From positions 3,844,001 through 3,908,000 of the forward strand of contig OZ024761.1 in NCBI GenBank assembly GCA_964016885.1: DNA of 64,000 nucleotides, read 5' to 3'. A program made the position numbers and the translations under genes. This DNA is from Eledone cirrhosa. Taxonomy: Eukaryota. Shown one piece after another: positions 62,105 to 64,000 of the stretch. Each line of letters begins with the position of its first letter. The stretch's first letter is position 1. A model generated the notes under the pieces. That model saw nothing but the letters and a program-made list of their open reading frames with translations, did not search any database and had not been told where the DNA came from.

Positions 62105-63192
62105 TTATTATGTGTCTGTTCTATGTTTATGTATTTTTCTCTTCAATTTTCAGAGTAGAACCATTAAACATTTGTTGATGAAAATATTCAGCAGAAATCA
62201 TTTCAGTGAGGCTCTGAGTGTTGAAGCTGGCGGTAAAACTGTAGAGTGAGTGTTACTACTGCTTCTTACTCCTTCCTCCTTCCTTCTCATCCTCCTTCCC
62301 CCCCCCCCCCCCCTCCTCATCCTCCTCCTCCTACTACTACTACTACTACTACTTATCATCATCATTTACCACCTATTTTCCCTACAGACCAAGTCAGCCC
62401 TCAATCGGAGCTATTGTCCTCTCATCTTGTTTATTGCAGAGTGGACTGGGTGTCTTTATCATCTTGCCAACACTATCACCCACCTACCTACCTACCTACC
62501 CCTACCTACCTATCCACCTACCACTACCTACCCACCTACCTACCCATCCACCCACCCAACTACCTACCTACCCACCTACCTACACACCCACTTACCCACC
62601 TACCTACCTACCTAACCCATCTACCCACCCATCTACCCACCCACCTACCTACCCACCTAACTACCTACCTACCTACCTAACTCATCTACCCACCCATCTG
62701 CCCACCTACCTACCCACCTACCCACCTACCCACCTACCTACTTACCTACCTACCTACCTACCGACTTACCTACCTACCTAACTACCTGCCTACCTACCTG
62801 TCTGCCTACCAACCTACTTACCTACCTACCTACTTACCTACCTACCCACCTACCCACCTACCCACCTACCTACCTACATACCTACCTACCCACCCATCTA
62901 CCCACCTACCTACCTACCCACCTACCTACCTACCCTACCCTACCCCCTGCCTGTCCCATTACTCCAGTTAATTCACCAATGTAATTCTCTATTGTCCAGT
63001 CTACCATTGACCAGTACCACCCTAGCTAAGTACAGCGAGATGGAGCGCTCCCTCTTCCTCTTACTCACCAATGTCATCTCACACAATATTCCACACAACT
63101 ACACAGAGAAACGGTGTCAAGTGAAGGAATCGCACCTGAAACGGCCAGCCTCTGCTTTCAGCGATGTCTTTGATAACTATGGTACTTATACG
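5946..63192 (+). CDS. CPD: Carboxypeptidase D (M14 N/E subfamily, multidomain), partial spliced gene with 12 exons in window; both ends lie outside the window
   Basis: All 12 exons have AG/GT boundaries and join in frame (exon-end phases 2,2,1,1,0,1,0,2,1,0,2,0). Motifs: [49 protein letters not shown], two transthyretin-like GD(F/Y)WRLLLP repeats, and a degenerate downstream domain. Confidence 0.92.
7173..7623 (-). mobile_element. piggyBac-like MITE with ~4.5 copies of the 72-bp unit
   Basis: Same body as 25077-25285; ends TTTAAATGCTAAAGTG-TTAA; the other end is cut by a Helitron-type 5' terminus at 7172. Confidence 0.75.
7647..7745 (+). CDS. CPD: CPD exon b (99 bp): end of the transthyretin-like subdomain and linker
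   Basis: tttag|G TAT AAA...AGA AG|gtaag; [32 protein letters not shown]; phases match both neighbours. Confidence 0.8.
7775..8540. repeat. (CAC)n-rich low-complexity tracts
   Basis: Degenerate CAC/CCA repeats at 7775-7945 and 8100-8540. Confidence 0.9.
8600..9510 (-). mobile_element. Non-autonomous Helitron
   Basis: Minus-strand 5' end TCTATATATATAAAACTGAGGTTGTCTGTC; 3' hairpin plus CTAG; ~400 bp shared with 47115-47511. Confidence 0.78.
10062..10392. repeat. Foldback inverted repeat (~155-bp arms) with a hammerhead motif in each arm
   Basis: Arms are reverse complements around a ~17-nt loop. Confidence 0.9.
10290..10350 (+). ncRNA. Type I hammerhead ribozyme motif (mirror copy at ~10104-10161 on the - strand)
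   Basis: Stem I tattttat/atagaata; CTGATGA; stem II gtaccaaa/tttggtac; GAAA; short stem III; AUA cleavage triplet. Confidence 0.7.
10751..10784 (-). ncRNA. Minimal type I hammerhead ribozyme motif
   Basis: cttCTGATGAaGGACtagcGTCCGAAAcgTTaag. Confidence 0.7.
10893..12090 (-). mobile_element. RTE-clade LINE 3' half (family A): RT C-terminus, 3'UTR and (TGA)n tail
   Basis: [11 protein letters not shown]...FCYLGD...MLYGSETW...LRWYGHVMR...GRPKMTW. Confidence 0.9.
12290..15498 (+). mobile_element. Near full-length degraded RTE-clade LINE (endonuclease plus RT pseudogene)
   Basis: [26 protein letters not shown]; [27 protein letters not shown]; multiple stops and frameshifts; (GAT)n tail. Confidence 0.92.
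15652..15690 (-). ncRNA. Minimal type I hammerhead ribozyme motif
   Basis: agtcCTGATGAaGGGTaatgACCCaGAAActtgTTgatt. Confidence 0.7.
16820..18610 (-). mobile_element. Penelope-like element remnant (RT thumb plus GIY-YIG endonuclease) with ~130-bp inverted terminal repeats
   Basis: LALLDFRI...[25 protein letters not shown]; frameshifted [10 protein letters not shown]...[12 protein letters not shown]...[17 protein letters not shown]; 16820-16960 is the reverse complement of 18480-18610. Confidence 0.85.
19115..20819 (+). mobile_element. piggyBac-like MITE with ~21 tandem copies of a 72-bp unit
   Basis: TTAA-CCCTTTAGTATTTAAA...TGTAAATGGTAAATGG-TTAA; array at ~19253-20805. Confidence 0.85.
20850..21160 (+). 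CDS. CPD: CPD exon c (311 bp): linker and start of the active CP domain
   Basis: ttgcag|T...CCAG|gtgag; [13 protein letters not shown]...[28 protein letters not shown]. Confidence 0.93.
21666..22326. repeat. 55-bp tandem array, ~12 copies
   Basis: Unit atatctcactagtgaggtttcatgtcatacagggtgtttggagttaaagtactca. Confidence 0.95.
23190..23921. repeat. 89-bp tandem array, ~8 copies, with diverged copies upstream from ~22975
   Basis: Unit gaggccagctaaacctacataggtgtgagctgaactgggccctatc...caaccttgtag. Confidence 0.95.
23970..24161 (+). CDS. CPD: CPD exon d (192 bp): HxxE zinc-binding motif
   Basis: tgtag|GC...ACAG|gtctgt; [19 protein letters not shown]...[13 protein letters not shown]. Confidence 0.95.
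25073..25289 (-). mobile_element. piggyBac-like MITE, monomeric form (209 bp, no array)
   Basis: TTAA-CCCTTTACCATTTACA...TTTGAAAGCTAAAGAA-TTAA. Confidence 0.8.
25461..25636. mobile_element. Mariner-type MITE
   Basis: Imperfect ~32-bp TIRs caagggtcggctgaaaagttcatatgctgacc / ggtcagcctgtgaacttttcaacgaaccctca. Confidence 0.6.
26440..26723 (+). CDS. CPD: CPD exon e (284 bp): substrate-binding NR and third zinc ligand
   Basis: aacag|GA...TTC|gtatgt; [18 protein letters not shown]...[10 protein letters not shown]...[19 protein letters not shown]. Confidence 0.95.
27051..27089 (+). ncRNA. Minimal type I hammerhead ribozyme motif in a dispersed repeat (26935-27200, related in reverse to 15530-15790)
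   Basis: ggtgCTGACGAtAGCTaacaAGCTtGAAActagTAcatc; GUA triplet. Confidence 0.72.
27427..28037. repeat. Inverted repeat (~225-bp arms, ~160-bp spacer), Penelope pLTR-like; related partial copies at ~32625-32690 and 35940-36130
   Basis: Arms are reverse complements; each carries a hammerhead motif. Confidence 0.88.
27844..27886 (+). ncRNA. Minimal type I hammerhead ribozyme motif (mirror copy at 27577-27619 on the - strand)
   Basis: gtcaCTGAAGAgGTCACAgaatgTGTGACGAAAgaacTTtgac. Confidence 0.7.
28608..28859. repeat. Foldback inverted repeat (~120-bp arms); a single arm also occurs at ~16170-16285
   Basis: Arms are reverse complements; contain a collapsed CTGATGAttGAAA. Confidence 0.88.
29466..29638. 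repeat. Imperfect nested inverted repeat (Penelope-like remnant)
   Basis: aactactccattaccaaaggtt / aacctttggtaatggagtagtt; inner tctggatcgtt / aacgatccaga. Confidence 0.75.
30222..31874 (+). mobile_element. Helitron deletion derivative retaining a PIF1-helicase fragment
   Basis: A|TCTATATA 5' end; hairpin plus CTAG|T 3' end; 31089-31262 reads LPRMNL...[45 protein letters not shown]. Confidence 0.85.
32015..32630 (-). mobile_element. RTE family A 3' fragment; similar fragments at 25665-26100(-), 28230-28595(-), 34004-34695(-), 40305-40480(-), 44028-44400(-), 44945-45318(+)
   Basis: LRWCGHVM...[10 protein letters not shown] plus the shared 3'UTR. Confidence 0.85.
32865..33230 (-). pseudogene. 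Penelope-like reverse transcriptase fragment
   Basis: [12 protein letters not shown]...YINDC (degenerate YIDD)...FHPALTFT...VQFLD. Confidence 0.75.
33510..33985. mobile_element. RTE-like LINE (family C) 3' fragment with a 5' inversion; colinear copy at 35606-35910(-)
   Basis: 33527-33774 on - ([11 protein letters not shown]...) fused to 33775-33985 on + (...LLYGSETW...PKVSSK). Confidence 0.85.
34800..35196. repeat. Foldback inverted repeat (~190-bp arms) with hammerheads; a single arm also occurs at 54797-54983
   Basis: Arms are reverse complements; flanked by (TA)n. Confidence 0.9.
35091..35148 (+). ncRNA. Type I hammerhead motif with an extended stem II (copies at 34847-34904 and ~54845-54898 on the - strand)
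   Basis: atacCTGATGA-(bulged stem II)-GAAAtgttcaTAgtat; stem III ATG/CAT; AUA triplet. Confidence 0.62.
35427..35523 (+). CDS. CPD: CPD exon f (97 bp)
   Basis: ttccag|GCC...ACAG|gtcagt; [32 protein letters not shown]. Confidence 0.93.
37009..37360 (-). mobile_element. piggyBac-like MITE with ~3 copies of the 72-bp unit
   Basis: TTAA-CCCATTGCCATTTACA...TTTAAATGGG-TTAA. Confidence 0.78.
37480..37622 (+). CDS. CPD: CPD exon g (143 bp): catalytic Glu
   Basis: tacag|GT...CAA|gtaagt; [47 protein letters not shown]. Confidence 0.95.
37596..39904 (+). repeat. 32-bp minisatellite (~72 copies) made of the last 27 nt of exon g plus the splice donor
   Basis: Unit TACTCCTTGYTGGTATACATGGCTCAA|GTARG. 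Confidence 0.97.
41408..41725 (+). mobile_element. tRNA-derived SINE (family 2) with an RTE-LINE-derived tail; 5'-truncated copies at 9712-10065 and 29083-29378
   Basis: A box TGGCTTAGTGG, B box GAGTTCAATTC, core TGAGCAAGACACTTTATTT, tail GGTTGGTGTTAGGAAGGGCATCCAG plus (TGA)n shared with the RTE 3'UTR. Confidence 0.8.
41752..43590 (-). mobile_element. RTE-clade LINE RT fragment (degraded); an endonuclease fragment also occurs at ~40740-41050(+)
   Basis: [44 protein letters not shown]. Confidence 0.9.
45510..47511 (-). mobile_element. Mosaic non-autonomous Helitron
   Basis: Same termini as 8600-9510; internal 46410-46555 matches 6730-6880 in reverse. Confidence 0.75.
47794..47963 (+). CDS. 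CPD: CPD exon h (170 bp): transthyretin-like subdomain of the active domain
   Basis: tgtag|GTC...TCTGG|gtatct; [15 protein letters not shown]...[21 protein letters not shown]; same length and phases as exon a. Confidence 0.93.
48008..48745. repeat. (TCTG)n/(TC)n compound microsatellite
   Basis: Visible directly in the sequence. Confidence 0.95.
49430..50441 (+). mobile_element. RTE family A 3' fragment, very similar to 14625-15498
   Basis: [23 protein letters not shown]...; 3'UTR with extra 47/48-bp units; (GAT)n tail. Confidence 0.9.
50442..50960 (-). pseudogene. Mariner transposase remnant
   Basis: [17 protein letters not shown] (HTH) and [11 protein letters not shown]...[20 protein letters not shown] (first catalytic Asp region). 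Confidence 0.8.
51102..52692. mobile_element. Probable hAT (Charlie-like) MITE enclosing a 55-bp array
   Basis: Termini CAGGGGTGTGCAAC / GTTGCATGCCCTTG, subterminal GCGGGCC/GGCCCG motifs, diverged 8-bp flanks tattagat / gtttagag. Confidence 0.55.
51260..52557. repeat. 55-bp tandem array, ~23 copies
   Basis: Unit taggtcaactgggaaaYtataacacacataaccctatcagtgaagccctttagta. Confidence 0.95.
52809..53212 (+). CDS. CPD: CPD exon i (404 bp): linker and start of the degenerate CP-like domain
   Basis: tgtag|T...ATCG|gtaagt; [10 protein letters not shown]...VLNFTL...[28 protein letters not shown]. Confidence 0.88.
53220..53700. repeat. (GGT)n-rich tract
   Basis: Visible directly in the sequence. Confidence 0.9.
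54298..54366 (-). ncRNA. Type I hammerhead ribozyme motif
   Basis: Stem I gttttat/ataaaat; CTGATGA; AU-rich stem II; GAAAtgcgcaTA; AUA triplet. Confidence 0.68.
54429..54643. repeat. Near-perfect palindrome with a (TA)n centre
   Basis: ~75-bp unique arms plus self-complementary (TA)n. Confidence 0.9.
55651..56300 (-). mobile_element. RTE-clade LINE 3' fragment with an uninterrupted frame
   Basis: YRYLGD...MLHGSETW...LRWYGHVMR...GRGRPRKTW; (TGA)n tail. Confidence 0.9.
56407..56567 (+). CDS. CPD: CPD exon j (161 bp)
   Basis: gaaag|GT...AGG|gtaagt; [24 protein letters not shown], homologous to [14 protein letters not shown] in exon d. Confidence 0.85.
56653..57170. repeat. 96-bp tandem array, ~5.4 copies
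   Basis: Unit ctataaaacctcagtttaaaatatatggtatactct...gacttatacacaggac. Confidence 0.93.
57172..58345 (-). mobile_element. RTE 3' end with a 48-bp unit expanded ~17-fold
   Basis: Family A 3'UTR flanks; unit actttacagtgtggactgggtactttttgttgtgacacctacacaacc. Confidence 0.9.
58530..60190. repeat. 25-bp AT-rich minisatellite with interspersed 39-bp variants
   Basis: tagatttactgtatatatagttgta, switching to tacatttgctgtatatatagttgta near 59330. Confidence 0.95.
60190..62071 (+). mobile_element. RTE 3' end with a 47-bp unit expanded ~33-fold
   Basis: Family A 3'UTR flanks; unit cagtccacagtgtaaagtggtcgtatagSagacagcaaaaaggctcc. Confidence 0.9.
62154..62245 (+). CDS. CPD: CPD exon k (92 bp)
   Basis: tttcag|AGT...GTAGA|gtgagt; [30 protein letters not shown], a degenerate counterpart of [10 protein letters not shown]. 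Confidence 0.75.
62478..62948. repeat. (CCTA/CCCA)n microsatellite
   Basis: Visible directly in the sequence. Confidence 0.93.
63000..63192 (+). CDS. CPD: CPD exon l (193 bp)
   Basis: tccag|T...ACG|gtaggt; [22 protein letters not shown]...[14 protein letters not shown]; in phase with exon k. Confidence 0.75.
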
Positions 63193-64000
63193 GTAGGTCT
63201 TTGATAACTATGGTACTTATACGGTAGGTCTTTGATAACTATGGTACTTATACGGTAGGTCTTTGATAACTATGGTACTTATACAGTAGGTCTTTGATAA
63301 CTATGGTACTTATATGGTAGGTCTTTGATAACTATGGTTCTTATACGGTAGGTCTTTGATAACTATGGTACTTATACGGTAGGTCTTTGATAACTATGGT
63401 ACTTATACGGTAGGTCTTTGATAACTATGGTACTTATACGGTAGGTCTTTGATAACTATGGTACTTATATGGTAGGTCTTTGATAACTATGGTACTTATA
63501 CGGTAGGTCTTTGATAACTATGGTACTTATACGGTAGGTCCTTGATAACTATGGTACTTATACGGTAGGTCCTTGGTAACTATGGTACTTATACGGTAGG
63601 TCTTTGATAACTATGGTTCTTATACGGTAGGACCTTGATAACTATGGTACTTATACGGTAGGTCTTTGATAACTATGGTACTTATACGGTAGGTGTTTGG
63701 TAACTATGGTACTTATACGGTAGGTCTTTGATAACTATGGTACTTATACGGTAGGTCTTTGATAACTATGGTACTTATACGGTAGGTCCTTGATAACTAT
63801 GGTACTTATACGGTAGGTCCTTGATAACTATGGTACTTATACGGTAGGTCTTTGGTAACTATGGTACTTATACGGTAGGTCTTTGATAACTATGGTACTT
63901 ATACGGTAGGACCTTGATAACTATGGTACTTATACGGTAGGTCTTTGATAACTATGGTACTTATACGGTAGGTCTTTGATAACTATGGTACTTATACGGT
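63166..64000 (+). repeat. 31-bp minisatellite (at least 27 copies, runs off the window) made of the last 27 nt of exon l plus the splice donor
   Basis: Unit GTCTTTGATAACTATGGTACTTATACG|GTAG, followed by GT of the next unit. Confidence 0.96.

Noticed and set aside
62388-62460. Possible extra exon after ttttccctacag
   Set aside because: No CP-like similarity and no clear donor; exons k and l already join in phase.

Overview
Repeat-rich animal genomic DNA, probably an octopod cephalopod (inferred from the RTE, SINE, Penelope and Helitron repertoire and the dense (TA)n). The whole window lies inside one + strand gene, a multidomain M14 metallocarboxypeptidase D (CPD). Twelve GT-AG exons (5946-63192) can be joined in phase by hand. 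They encode the end of one CP domain, one complete catalytically intact domain and part of a catalytically degenerate domain. The introns hold a 5'-intact Tx1/L1-clade LINE, many RTE-like LINE fragments, two tRNA-SINE families, Penelope remnants with about 10 minimal hammerhead ribozyme motifs, Helitrons, piggyBac-, hAT- and mariner-like MITEs, and more than 10 tandem arrays. The most striking observation is that two different CPD exon/intron junctions have each been amplified into a minisatellite of intact 5' splice donors: 32 bp x about 72 and 31 bp x at least 27.
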